From Mobula hypostoma (lineage: Eukaryota): a stretch of 64,000 bases of DNA. Within the stretch, counting starts at the first letter, position 1. Each line of letters starts with the position of its first letter. The stretch is taken from the NCBI RefSeq assembly GCF_963921235.1, contig NC_086103.1, positions 72,726,001 to 72,790,000 on the forward strand, read 5' to 3'. This document shows positions 1 to 11,298 of this stretch, piece by piece. The translations under genes and the position numbers were made by a program. The notes beneath the pieces were generated by a model. The model searched no databases. It was given only the letters and a program-made list of their open reading frames with translations, and had not been told where the DNA came from.

Positions 1-358
1 TGAATGGCCTAATTCTATTCCTGTACCTTATGGTCTTATTATAACGTTATCCCATTAACGTGGTTGTATCTTTCTTATTCTACAGTCCTGCCCATATACA
101 TTCACTGGACGAGCTCTCCAGTCTGTCCTGACAGAGCACTGCTGTGACATTTTCCCTCACTAGTAATGCCACCCCTCCCTCTTTAATCCATCTCGCTAAA
201 ACAATGTCTAAAACAATGGAAACCAAATCTCACTAAAGCTATTAGGTCATAATTCCACGTGCCGATCCACACCGTAAACTAATCTGCCTTTCCTACTATA
301 CTCCTTGCCCTGAAATGTACGTAGCTCAGAACGTTGGTCCCATCGTGATCAAACTGTT

Positions 359-1010
359 GATTCAAATGGTTCGGTTTATTATCGGAGAAAGTATACAGTA
401 TACAACCTTTGCAGACATCCACGAAAAACAGAACCCCAAAAGAATGAATGACATAAGAACATTAGAACCCCAAAGTCCCCCCTCCCGCCTCCCCGCGCAA
501 ACAGCAGCAAGCCTCAATGCATCACCCTCCTGCACCCCACTCATTTTAGTGTCAGCACCCACCACTCACCAAGGGAGAGACCGTGGTCTGCAGTCAACAA
601 GAACTACTGTTTACCCGACAATTCAACACGCCACAGGCTCTCCCTCTCACTAACAAGAGACAGAGAGATATCACCCATTTTTACAGCGAAAGGGGAGACT
701 GGCAGTCACTGTTACAATCTTACAGTCTGCCGCGTCGCTTTTTATTCCATGATTCTCCGACATGAGAATTGCAGAAAGTCTCCGAACATCGAGAGAAAGC
801 GAGAGAGTGTGAATGCTCGACTACAGAGACCTCCACCCATACATACGCCGCAGTGAAATGCTGATGTTGCATCTCCCGGTCTGTCTTAGTCAGCAACACC
901 AGCCGGGAATCGGTCCTCCACTGGGCTGCACCCTGGAGGTGCCAAGTTCCAAGCGCGCCTGGAGAATGTCGGAAAACAGTTGGCTGGCGAGCTCCAGAGA
1001 CCAGAATTTA
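359..1010 (-). mobile_element. Non-coding retroposon-like repeat, same family as 45370-46098
   Basis: Reverse complement shares blocks with 45740-46098 (GTCTCCCCTTTC.C.GT.AAA, GGGGG.CTTTGGGGTTCTAATG, TGTATAC..TTC terminal region). No ORF. Left and right limits approximate. Confidence 0.6.
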
Positions 1011-1396
1011 TCTGCCGTAAAAAAAAAGTTTGAATGCCACTTGCAGAACGGGACCTCAACAGAACTCCAACCACCTTGTAAAGGGAAAACAGAGACATTA
1101 AAAAGGGAAATCTAAGCTGATTCTGCAGGTGAGCTTGAAGAGCTCCTTGGTGCTATGTTAACTCCTGCTAACCTTTCATGTATGCTTAACAACATCTTTC
1201 CCCACAACCGCTGCTCTATCTGTTCTGGTGCTCTGATTCGTAGTTTAAACCCCACCCCCATCCCACCACCTCCACCCTGCAACACTAGGGCTAGGATATT
1301 ATTCTCCCTTTAGTTCAGGTGCAAACTGTCCCTTCTGAACACATTCCACCTTCCAATGACCCTAAAATCTGAAGCCCTCCTTCCTGCACTATCTCC

Positions 1397-1708
1397 TTTT
1401 TATAGGCATCCATTAGTCTCGTGACATCATGGATTTGTACCTTGGAAGGTTTCCAGGACACAGGCCTGGGCAAGGTTGTATGGAAGACCGGTAGTTGCCC
1501 ATGTTGCAATTCTCCCCTCTCCACACCACCAATGTTGTCCAAGGGAAGGGCACTAGGGCCGATACAGCTTGGCACCGGTGTCGTCACAGAGCAATGTGTA
1601 GTTAAGTGCCTTGCTCAAGGACACAACACACTGCCTCAGCTGAGGCTCGAACTAGCAACCTTCAGATGACTAGACCGATGCCTTAACCACTTGGCCACGC
1701 GCCAACAC
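1397..1708 (-). mobile_element. Full-length tRNA-derived SINE
   Basis: Minus strand has A box TGGCCAAGTGG, B box GTTCGAGCC, body TGTGTCCTTGAGCAAGGCACTTAAC and tail GGATGCCTATAAAA. Near-identical copy at 11006-11298. Possible TSD ATCTCCTTT (1391-1399 and 1717-1725). Confidence 0.9.
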
Positions 1709-2462
1709 ATCCAACCATCTCCTTTGCCATGTGTTAAACGGTATGATTTCTCTATTTCCGGCCTCACTAGCACATGACACGTGAAGCAATCCTGAGATCA
1801 GGAGGTCCCGTCCTTTAACTTGGCACCTAAACCTAAATCCCTAAACTCACTTTGTAGGATGTGGTCACTCCTCACACCCCTGTCAACGGTACCAACCTGG
1901 ACCACCACCTCTGGCTGCTCACCTTCCCACTTAACAATACTGTGGACTCAATCCAAGGTGTCCCTGACCCTGATACCCAGGAGGCAACGAACCATCTGGA
2001 AATCTTGTTCTCATGTCAGAGAACAATCTTCCTATTTCTGTTCCGCTAACCAATGTATCTCCTATCACCACAGTTCACTTCTTCTCCACCTTCCCTTCTG
2101 AGTTACAGATCCGGACTGAGTTACAGAGACCTGTTCACTGCAGCTTCTCCCTGGTAAGTTGCACCCCGCCCCCTAACAGTATCCAAAGCATATAATTATA
2201 CATATTATTGATGGGAACGGCCACTGGGGTACACTGTATTGGCTGCCTATTCCCTTTTCCTCTGCTGTCAGCCACCCAGATTCCTGCCTCCTGCAACTTC
2301 AGGGTGACTGCTTCCCTGTAGCCCTGATCTATCACCACCCCGTTCTTCCATATGAACAAAAGGTCATCAAGCTGTAGCTCCAATTTATTAACACAATTGC
2401 TAAGGAAATGCAGCTCAGTACACTTCGTGCAGATATTGTTCTCAAGAACACTGAAGGTCTCC

Positions 2463-2572
2463 ACTGGGCTGCCAATTCAACTGCCGGTCTTCCATACAAC
2501 CTTGCCCAGGCCTGCACCCTGGAAACTTTCCAAGGCGCAAATCCATGGTCTTATGAGACTAACGGATGCCTA
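2463..2572 (+). mobile_element. 5'-truncated copy of the same tRNA-SINE family
   Basis: Matches the 3' third of 11006-11298. Flanked by an 11-bp TSD TGAAGGTCTCC (2452-2462 and 2573-2583). Confidence 0.85.
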
Positions 2573-2831
2573 TGAAGGTCTCCCAAACTTCCCACATCTC
2601 ACACAAGGTACAGACCACTACTCTGGACCTATCCTCGGTACACTAGCCTTGTACTAACAGGGGGAAAAAAACTTACTGAAAAATTTCTTAGAGCCTGCAT
2701 CTGTGCTTATCGAAGCTGTTCTTGTGCAAGCCGGTGGAACCAAAGCTGGACCACTCTAACACTGCCCCACTTACACAATGGCCACGCCTTTTACACCTTC
2801 TTTCGTTTTATGGGCTTAAACAACCACTCAC

Positions 2832-2907
2832 TCCCAATGCGACTTGCAGTTTTCAAATGGCTCCATTTGAAGTTGTCGCTCTCATCAATAAAGATGTTAT
2901 TTGCATC
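2832..2907 (-). other. Candidate 76-nt exon (DANNIFIDESDNFKWSHLKTASRIG), possibly a receptor cytoplasmic-tail exon
   Basis: Acceptor TTTGCTTAACTCTTTACTCTGTAG and donor GTGAGT; open only in phase 0. Confidence 0.3.
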
Positions 2908-3091
2908 CTACAGAGTAAAGAGTTAAGCAAAATATCTGTTGAATTAATTGTCATCCCTTGTTATCAATGATGAATTCCCCAGCATTCTTTTCCACAAAAC
3001 AATGCTCATTTGGTTAAGTCTAACCTCTTTTTTGGAACAGCTATAAGATCTCCTACCATCAGCTTTCATATTTCTACTCACACTCAGCGTT

Positions 3092-3400
3092 TCATTGATG
3101 TATATGATATGAGAAAAGACCCTTGGGCCTCACTTGTCCTTGCAAACCAAGGAACCTACTGCAGCTAGTCCCACTTCCCCTGTATTTCTCTAAAGCTTTC
3201 ATAAAAATGCACCTGTCCAAATTACTTTCAAATATTGTAATTTTACCTGTTTCAATCACCTTCTCTGGCAGTTCATTCCATTTAAGCACCACCGTGTGTG
3301 TGAAAAAAGTGCTCCTTCTGACTGCTTTAAATCTTTTCTCTTTCAACATAAACTTATGACCTCCAGTTGACTTACATGTGGATTTTATCTTTCCTGTTGG
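3092..3400 (-). mobile_element. CR1 LINE 3' fragment
   Basis: FFTHTVVLKWNELPEKVIE..FESNLD, the CR1 ORF2 C-terminal motif. Confidence 0.8.
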
Positions 3401-3719
3401 AATATATCTATTCTGTGATTTTTTCAAAGTCTTTCAGTGTATTTCAATTCAAACCTCCCTGAGATTAGTGTAAAATTTTCTAAAGCCTTACCTTGAAAGA
3501 AGAAGTACTGATGTCCATTTCTGGCTGTTAATTAGCCCTCAAGCAGAATCAATGAAGAATCTGCATTACAATCTATATCTGATTATCACCACATGCCTGT
3601 TTGCTAAAGCAGGTCCATCTTGGATGTTCGGTGCTTTGGTGTCCTGACCATACGGAAGGGACTTTATTACTTTCACTTTAACTACAAACAATCCAAACCC
3701 ATTCTTTCACAATAGACCG

Positions 3720-4240
3720 TGGAATGGATTGTGGACATCAGGAAAGGGGAGTTGGGTGAACACATATTAGTCCTGATTGAGGGGCCATCAGTAGAAAGGT
3801 TAAGCAGCTTCAAGTTCCTATCAAGGATCTATCCTGGGCCCAACACATTGATGTGATCATGAAGGCGACGTACAATGGCGATACTTCATTAGGATTGTGA
3901 AGAATTTGGTATATCACCAAATGAACGGTGGAGAACATTCCTACTGGTTGCACCACCGCCTGATATGGATGTTCCAGCGCACATGATTGCAACAGGATAC
4001 AGAATGTCATAGACTCAGTTAATTCCATCGTGGGCACAACCCTCCCACCATCGAGGAAATCCTTAAAAAAATAGTGTCTTAAGAAGGTGACGTTAATCAT
4101 TTAAGGGCCCTCACCATCTGGGACATGTCCTCTTCTGATTACTACAATTAGTGAGGGTTAGAGGAGCCTGAAGACCCACAGTCAACACTCTAGGACAGCT
4201 TTTTCCCCTCCACCATTAGATTTATGAATGATTCATTCAT
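3720..4240 (+). mobile_element. Rex1/Babar-like LINE 3' fragment
   Basis: Degenerate homologue of the C-terminus of the 21361-24686 element (SFKFL, LSWAQHID, GTTLPTIE, RSLKTH). Confidence 0.7.
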
Positions 4241-4276
4241 ATTTCCTCGCTAGTCCTCTTTTGCACAATTTATATA

Positions 4277-4821
4277 CACTCTCTCCTGTACCTAATAAAG
4301 TGGCCACTGACCGTATATTCATGGCGGGCTGCTGTAGCCCATCCACTTCAAACTCTGACGTGTTGTGCATTCAGAGATGCTCTTCTGCACACCACTGTTG
4401 TAACACATTGTTATCTGAGTTACTGTTACCTTCCTGTCAGCCTGAACCAGCCTGGACATTCTCCTCTGACCTCTCTCATTAACAAGGTGTTTCCACTCAC
4501 AGAACTGCCATTTACTGGATGTTTTTTTTTATCACACATTCTCTATAAATTCTAGTAACTGTTGTTCATGAAAATACGAAGAGATCAGCAGTTTCTGTGA
4601 TTCTCAAACCAACCCATCTGGCACCAATAATCATTCCATGCTCAAAGTCATTTAGATCACATTTCTTCCCCATTCTGATGTTTGGTCTGCATAACAACGG
4701 AACCTCTTGACCATGTCTACCTGCTTTTTATGCATTGAGTTGCTGCCACATGATAGACTGATTAGATATTTACATTAATGAACAGGTGCACAGGTGTACC
4801 TAATAAAGTGGCCACTGAGTG
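4277..4821 (-). mobile_element. Non-autonomous Tc1/mariner DNA transposon carrying the transposase N-terminus
   Basis: Minus strand from ATG at 4673 reads MGKKCDLNDFEHGMIIGARWVGLRITETADL, a paired-like HTH of Tc1 transposases. TIR-type sequence TGTACCTAATAAAGTGGCCACTGA at 4795-4818 and 4287-4310; preceded by TA. Confidence 0.85.
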
Positions 4822-5086
4822 AATATTTGTAACTTTCATGTCTTGCTCTGTACAGCAGCCAGACATTTCATGCATATGTTATTGATAGTAAAGTCGATTC
4901 TGATCTTAAAATAATGATAATTTTTAAGGCTTTAGGCATAAAAAATATAATTAAATAAATGCAAGTTCAAGACAAGTTGTTGTTCACTTTCATCATCTAT
5001 AGTCAAATTGTGCTGTTTATGCAAAAGAAGCCAACAACATCAGAAATGAGAACATGAATGGCAATGTCTGGAAGATTTAGACTGAC

Positions 5087-5170
5087 GTTCAGATGTAAAT
5101 GGGGCAGAATCATTTCCATAGTCTGTAGAAAAGGCATCAATTGCTCTCAAAGAAGATGCTGTGCTAGTCT
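5087..5170 (-). other. Candidate 84-nt phase 1-1 mucin-like exon (ETSTASSLRAIDAFSTDYGNDSAPFTSE)
   Basis: Acceptor TTCACTTTTCTTTTATTACAG, donor GTCAGT, open frame, S/T-rich, NDS sequon. Confidence 0.5.
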
Positions 5171-5198
5171 CTGTAATAAAAGAAAAGTGAATTTATAT

Positions 5199-5495
5199 TC
5201 AGAATCAGAATCAGGTTTATTATCACTGACGTATGTTATAAAATTTATTGTTCTGCGGCAGCAGTACTGTGCAATTCATAAAATATGCTATAAATTACAA
5301 TAAGAAATATATATATATATATATATATGTAAATAAGTAGTGCTAAAATAGAGACGTAGTTTTTATGGGTTCATGGGCAATTCAGAAATCTGATCAGAAT
5401 CAGAATCAGATTCTGATGGTGGAAAGGAAGAAGCTGTTCCTAAAAAGCTGAGTGTGTGTCTTTAGGCTTGTGTACCTCCGCCCTGATAGTAGTAC
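5199..5495 (-). mobile_element. LINE (Rex1/L2-type) 3' fragment with (ATTCTG)n tail and embedded (AT)n at 5307-5328
   Basis: TCAGAA repeats at 5199-5214 and 5395-5410; following sequence resembles 21640-21720. Confidence 0.6.
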
Positions 5496-5519
5496 TAAGT
5501 TCCAGACTGGATGCAGATA

Positions 5520-6000
5520 ACATTAACAAGTGGATGGATATTAATGATAACGTACCTCCTGTTCATTATTAAACTGATGCGGAAATTGTGGAGATGGTTG
5601 TAAGTCCAGAGACAAAAGACAGTGGGGGAGAATGTAGCAATGAAAATGAGGAAGAGGTCGTCAAAAAAATGTCCATTGACAGGTTAATTCAGCTGACAGT
5701 TAAACTGATAAAAGGTCTTGAGCAGCGCAATTTTATTACTGAACCAGAAATAATGAATATGTACATTTTGCAAGAAAATCTAATCAAAGAAAATACATGA
5801 AGTAGGTTAGTTTGCAGGATATGTTCAGAAAAACAGTTAAATAAAGTGCAAGACAGGAGTCAACACTTGAAAATACAGTGTCATCAACTTCGGCCCCACC
5901 CAAATGTGCTGCCAGCACTATCTCCAGTTCTTCAAGATTTTGCCGACTTCATCACAACCACCAGGTCACGAAGATTCAATCGTTTTTTTAAGATGAAATG
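5520..6000 (+). mobile_element. Tigger/pogo-like transposase C-terminal remnant
   Basis: W.DI.DNVPPVHY*TDAEIVEMVV..acidic linker..MSIDRLIQLTVKLIKGLEQ resembles the TIGD/Jerky C-terminus. No DDE domain seen. Confidence 0.55.
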
Positions 6001-6711
6001 CAAAAAAATCCTGATGACCCCCATCTTCAGACATGTAACTCTGCTTAGTTGTACAATCCAGCTTTTTACTTTGGAAGTGGGAATATCCAACCATCTATTG
6101 TAAGTCAAGACAGATACATTGTAAGGTATTTTGCCTGTACAGTACTTCAATAAATTTCACTTGCTTTTCATTTGTTGTTTCTTTTTTCTTTATTATTCAA
6201 GGGTGAGGTGATCATCAACTGGGTTAGAGGTGTTTATTTACTTAATCCTAACCTAACCATCTATGATTCAACAAAATCACTAATCGGGTCACAATCATTC
6301 CATATTTGTGGTGATCAACCTATATTAGACAAAAAAAATCTGTGGGGCATGAACAGCTGGAAAGTTAGTAAATTCCTAAAGCCAATGGTTTACTTCCAGA
6401 GTTTTGAATGAATCAGAATTACAGGGAGTGAATACTATGTTTGCTATCTTCCAATGTTCTATGGATTCTGGAATTACTCCTGGATGACATTATTTCAGAA
6501 TAACATTATTTAAAAAAGAGGAAATAGAGGATATAGGAATGACTGACGATTAGAGCAATGTCAGTGATCGAGAAATTGCTGAAATGTATAATGAAGGATG
6601 TAATAAATAACCTTACAAAACTTAATAGCATTGAATGGGGCAAATGAGTTTATCACAAGAATAATCAATTGGATCTCAGTTGATGGAACTAGTAGAATGG
6701 ATAACTCACTG

Positions 6712-7211
6712 GATTGATTGCCTCAACCTTGCAGCTACATCTCACAACTGGGTCACAGATGTCTGTATCACAACACCACCCTCACTGGGGTGAGTGCTCA
6801 ATATGGTCCATGTTGCTTCAACACATCAATGGTCTATACTGCCAGGGTCTGGGAGGTAATACAACACTAAGTGTGTGAACTCTGCGCTCTGCAGTTAATT
6901 ATGCAATGTTCAGACAATCACTCTCAATGCCTGGAAACTGCTGGTTTGTCACTTTATCGCAAAATTGGAAGGCACAGAGAATCGACAAAGAATGAACATA
7001 TGTTTGTATCCTGGATATAGGGTACTGCAAATCAGCAACACCAAGATAGGGAATCCCTTCTGTTGCAGAATATCTGAGATTGTCATGTGATCAGGTAACT
7101 TGATCTATTTAAATAGTGTAGAGAGATTCCTAAATACTGAGAGTACAACACAAGTTGAAGAAATAATGATGCGTATTGAAGTCCATACTGGTCAGACAGA
7201 CATCAGATCAG
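6712..7211 (+). repeat. 500-bp direct duplication, copy 1
   Basis: Aligns without gaps to 8757-9256; about 16 substitutions counted by eye. Confidence 0.95.
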
Positions 7212-7438
7212 GCTTGAACATTAACTGATCAATCAATTTATCGCCCAGGTAAAAAGTTAACTCTTGGCCCCATAACTCTCTGAAGTGGATATAAAATCCC
7301 CTGAGGCATTATTTCAAAGAATAATGTGTGACATCAGTTCCTGATTGACAATTGGTCCTCAATCAAAATAAACTGCAAAATCTACATCACAATCTATATC
7401 TAGTCATCACCAATCCCTGTTTGAACAAAGAGGTCCAC

Positions 7439-7465
7439 CTTGGATGTTCAGTGCTTTGGGATATC
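7439..7465 (-). other. Candidate 27-nt micro-exon; paralogous 25-nt copy at 3619-3643 has a dead donor
   Basis: CATAATGCCAG|GATATCCCAAAGCACTGAACATCCAAG|GTGGAC. Flanks homologous to ~3540-3680. Confidence 0.35.
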
Positions 7466-7508
7466 CTGGCATTATGAAAGTTACTTTTATAAAATTTGAT
7501 TTTGTAGG

Positions 7509-7680
7509 GGCACCAGGGTAGCACAGCAGTTAGTGTGACACTATTACAGCTCAAGGCATTAGAGTTCAGAGTTCCATTCCAATGCTGTCAGAAAGCAGTT
7601 TGTACATCCCTTCCCGTGAACGCACGCGTTTCCTCTGGGTGTTCTGGTTTCCTCTATCTGCACTGTATCTCTAAATAAAT
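7509..7680 (+). mobile_element. HE1/V-SINE-like element, internally deleted
   Basis: Degenerate tRNA head (GGTAGCACAGCAGTTAG..AGTTCCATTCC) plus V-domain-like GTTTCCTCTGGGTGTTCTGGTTTCCTC. Confidence 0.65.
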
Positions 7681-8019
7681 AAGAACAAAATAAATGCATT
7701 TAAAAATGCAAGTCGTACTTTCACTTTCATCACACAAAAGAAACATACATTTGAAATACATTCACCTAATTTAGATCATTATGAATTGTCATGATTTTAA
7801 GGACCAGCACTATTGTCCACTTCCATCATCTACAGTCAATTGTGCAGCTTATGCACAAGAGACAGCAACATCAAATATATAATAAGCAACATCATTTCCA
7901 TGATGTGTACATAAGAACTTGTGAGTGAAGTAACAAGTAACTGCTGGTCTCTGAAACAGAAGGAACATCAGTTTATTTTTATGTTGGTGAATGCTTTGCT
8001 GTATTTGGTGCACAGAAGA

Positions 8020-8300
8020 GAATCATGGAGTATTTATTAAGTCAAAGTTCATATACAAGGTATCAAAGTGTGTATATGTCACCATATATTCATTTTCGTA
8101 CAGGCATTCACAGTAGAACAAAGAAATATAATAAAATCAATGGAAAACAACAGATGAACAAAGAGACAAACAACCAATGTGCAAAAGATGACAAGCTGAG
8201 CAAATACAGATGATAATAAGCACAGCTGCTGAGTTGTGAGACCTGCTGAGCTCCTCCAGAATTTTGTGTGTCACTCTGGATTTCCAGCATCTGCAGAATC
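8020..8300. mobile_element. LINE-type 3' tail (-; 8020-8220) abutting a Penelope-like terminal fragment (+; 8222-8300)
   Basis: Tail homologous to 10630-10870. GACCTGCTGAGCTCCTCCAG..GATTTCCAGCATCTGCAG is shared with 34615-34680 and 52465-52540. Confidence 0.55.
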
Positions 8301-8461
8301 ACTTGTATGATTTGCTCTGTCACTGTGAAGCCTCTTCGAGGCAACCCTACCCTGAAGAAGTTTAGATCTTCTCCTCGTTGGGAGTTCAGTGAGACCCTCT
8401 CTCATTGCTCCCCCTCTGTGATCTCTGTCGCTCTCAGACTCTTCGAGCATTTACTTGATGG

Positions 8462-8701
8462 TGTTGTGTATCTGATATGTCACTAATATTTGAGTAATGT
8501 TGTACCTATATTGTTTGATTAAGCATTCTTGTTCACATAAATAATTAATATGGGTTATATGTAAAAATATGTTAATTGCATATGTCATCACAGTACCACA
8601 TGATACGTTTTTTCCTCGCATAAAGTAAATAAACACATTTTTCAGACTCTTTGTGTCTTCTTTCGAATTAGTTTAATGTTTTGAAGTTACAGAACATAAC
8701 A
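8462..8701. mobile_element. Probable solo LTR (Ty3/Gypsy type)
   Basis: TGTT...AACA termini, AATAAA near 8627, 240 bp. TSD not clean (GATGG versus GACAG). Confidence 0.5.
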
Positions 8702-8756
8702 GACAGGAGTTCAGTGAAAACCCCTCACACAGCTTTCCCTCTGCAATCTCTGCTGA

Positions 8757-9256
8757 GATTGATTGCCTCAACCTTGCAGCTACATCTCACAACTGGGTCA
8801 CAGATGTCTGTATCACAACACCACCCTCACTGGGGTGAGTGCTCAATATGGTCCATGTTGCTTCAACACATCAATGGTCTATACTGCCAGGTTCTGGGAG
8901 GTAATACAACACTAAGTGTGTGAACTCTGTGCTCTGCAGTTAATTATGCAATGTTCAGACAATCACTCTCAATGCCTGGAAACTGCTGGTTTGTCACTTT
9001 ATCTCAAAATTGGAAGGCACAGAGAATCGACAAAGAATGAACATATGTTTGCAACCTGGATTTAGGGTACTGAAAATCAGCAACACCAAGATAGGGAATC
9101 CCTTCTGTTGCAGAATGTCTGAGATTGTCATGTGATCAGGTAACTTGATCTATTTAAATAGTGTAGAGAGATTCCTAAATACTGAGAGTGCAACACAAGT
9201 TGAAGAAGTGGTGGTGCATATTGAAGTCCATATTGGTCAGACTGACATCAGATCAG
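8757..9256 (+). repeat. 500-bp direct duplication, copy 2
   Basis: See 6712-7211; offset 2045 bp. Confidence 0.95.
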
Positions 9257-9601
9257 TAAGGAAGCAAAACTTCAGTTAATGGGGCCTGGACTTGTTCTCT
9301 GTTGTAGTTTTGGTTTCTTGTCAAAAGAAAGGATTTGCTTGCCATAGGCAGATCACAGGGAAGTTGCTGTGCTAGTGGGTTCTTCTAAGAGGCGAAACTG
9401 AGTTGAGTGTGACTGTACTTTCAAGTTTAGAAGAACAGAAGGCAGCCTCAACAGCACAAACAAAAACATTGAAGAAAATGGCAGGGTAGATGTCAGGAAA
9501 GATTATGGAACTTGTGATAGGCCAGCTGAGATATAGATGAGAGGAGTTTTCTCGGGTGGTGAATCATTGGGCTGTAGAAGCTCAGTTGTTGCGTCTGTTC
9601 T

Positions 9602-10292
9602 TGTAAGGAGTTTCTTCTTTTATGTTACTGCGAAGGCTAACAAAATGGCTTCTTTGTTATGTTATAATTAAAATGGCTTTTCCGTGATAATACTGCAATG
9701 TAAGGAGTTCTCTCTCTCTCTGCTTGTTTTTGTTATATTATTGATAAGAGAGGGAACGAACCAATTGGGATAGATGTTATTCTTTCCTGTGCATATGTAA
9801 GCTATTGGTTGCCCGAGCTTTGAGGGAGAAGGCACGATGCTGTAAGCTGGCCGACGGGACAGACCCCGAGCGGGAGTCCGAGGCCCAGGGTCTTCGGTGA
9901 GGAGAGGAGACGAAGACAGACTCATGTGGAGTGTCTGGTCGACCACCGTGGTTGGTCCCAGGCAGTGGGTCGAGGGGGTCGGAGGGGATCGAATGATGGA
10001 AAGAAGACTCCATTAATTGAGCTCCAACTGTTGTGCACAAAGTGGTTGAACTTTGATAAGTTTGGTGCCTTTTACTTTCCTTTTATATTTTATCTCTATT
10101 AATTACATAGTTCCAGTAAGATCTATAAATTGTAATCATTTAATCGCATATGATGTATTGTCTGTTATTTGGCGGGGTGGGGTACATCACACAGCATCCA
10201 CATAAACTTGATTGCCCAGTTTGGCGGGGCTGAAGGCTGCTCCCCCAGATGAAAGCGAGCTGAGCGAGCCTGAGGATTACCAGGGGGCTACA
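9602..10292 (+). mobile_element. Solo LTR (Gypsy-type; same family as 55601-60283)
   Basis: TGTA...TACA termini, 4-bp TSD TTCT (9598-9601 and 10293-10296), clear homology to 59707-60283. Confidence 0.9.
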
Positions 10293-10629
10293 TTCTAATC
10301 ACAGATTGATGGACATTTGGACATGGAGTCCAGAGATATGGGGTAGTGCTGGAAAATGGCAGTGAAGTTGCAATTCCTAATGAACAGAGGAGCAGGCTGG
10401 AGCATCCAATAGGCAACTCCTGCTCCTATTTCTAATGTTCCCATGACAACAGCATCAAAACCAGCAAGATCAGGATAACCCCAAGTTTCTGTAGAACACA
10501 CAGTACAGGGTTGTTCAACACACAAAAGTTTCTTCCCCACAGATTCTGAGACAACGCTTCTTTGTCCGTATTACATTGTAATGTCCTGCCATTTTCACCT
10601 TGCCTATTATCCATAGTACCAATATTCAA

Positions 10630-10930
10630 AGAGCAAAGTTCAAAAGTAAATTCATTATCAAACTATATACATGTCACCTTATACAATGCTGAGATTCATT
10701 TTCTTGCAGGCATTCTCAGTAAATCCAATCACAGTAACAGAATTGATCAAGGACCGCATCCAACAGGGTGGACAACCAGTGTGCAAAACACAACAAAATA
10801 CTGCAAATACAAAAGCAAAAATATTAATAAATAAGTAAATAATCAGTAAATATTGAGAACATGAGATGGAGAGTCTTTGGATTGTGAGTCCCTAGGTTGA
10901 GGGACCAGTTCACTGATAGGGCAAATGAAG
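10630..10930 (-). mobile_element. LINE-type 3' tail fragment
   Basis: TTCAAAAGTAAATTCATTATCAAA..ATGTCACC..ATTCATTTTCTTGCAGGCATTC, shared with 8020-8220. Confidence 0.55.
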
Positions 10931-11005
10931 TTGAGTGAACAATTGTGAACAATAGGGAACAATAAATCTCAAATCAGTATTCATTTTGTTATTTCATGTG
11001 TTCTT

Positions 11006-11298
11006 GTGTTGGTGCGTGGCCAAGTGGTTAAGGCATTTGTCTCGTGATTTGAAGGTCGCCAGTTCGAGCCTTGGCTGAGGCAGCGTGTTGTGTCCTTGAG
11101 CAAGGCACTTAACCACACATTGCTCTGCGACGACACTGGTGCCAAGCTGTATCGGTCCTAATGCCCTTCCCTTGGACAATATCGGTGGTGTGGAGAGGGG
11201 AGACTTGCAGCATGGGCAACCTTGCCAAGGCCTGCGCCCTGGAAACCTTCCAAGGTGCAAATCCATGGTTTCATGAGACTAACGGATGCCTATATAAA
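11006..11298 (+). mobile_element. Full-length tRNA-derived SINE
   Basis: A box TGGCCAAGTGG, B box GTTCGAGCC; homologous along its length to 1397-1708. Confidence 0.9.

Larger units (their letters stand above)
45..2660 (-). mobile_element. Degraded CR1-clade LINE (ORF1 SGNH-esterase region and start of APE), split by later insertions
   Basis: Minus strand aligns by eye to the CR1 ORF1 regions at 37440-37870 and 55800-56730 (ORF 2135-2464: ELQLDDL..V.LKLQEAG.WV...PVA.PINN). Interrupted at ~359-1100, 1397-1708 and 2463-2572. Confidence 0.7.

Noticed and set aside
11006-11080. tRNA-like sequence with A and B boxes (also 1635-1708)
   Set aside because: Continues into a SINE body and tail and forms no proper acceptor stem; a SINE head, not a tRNA gene.
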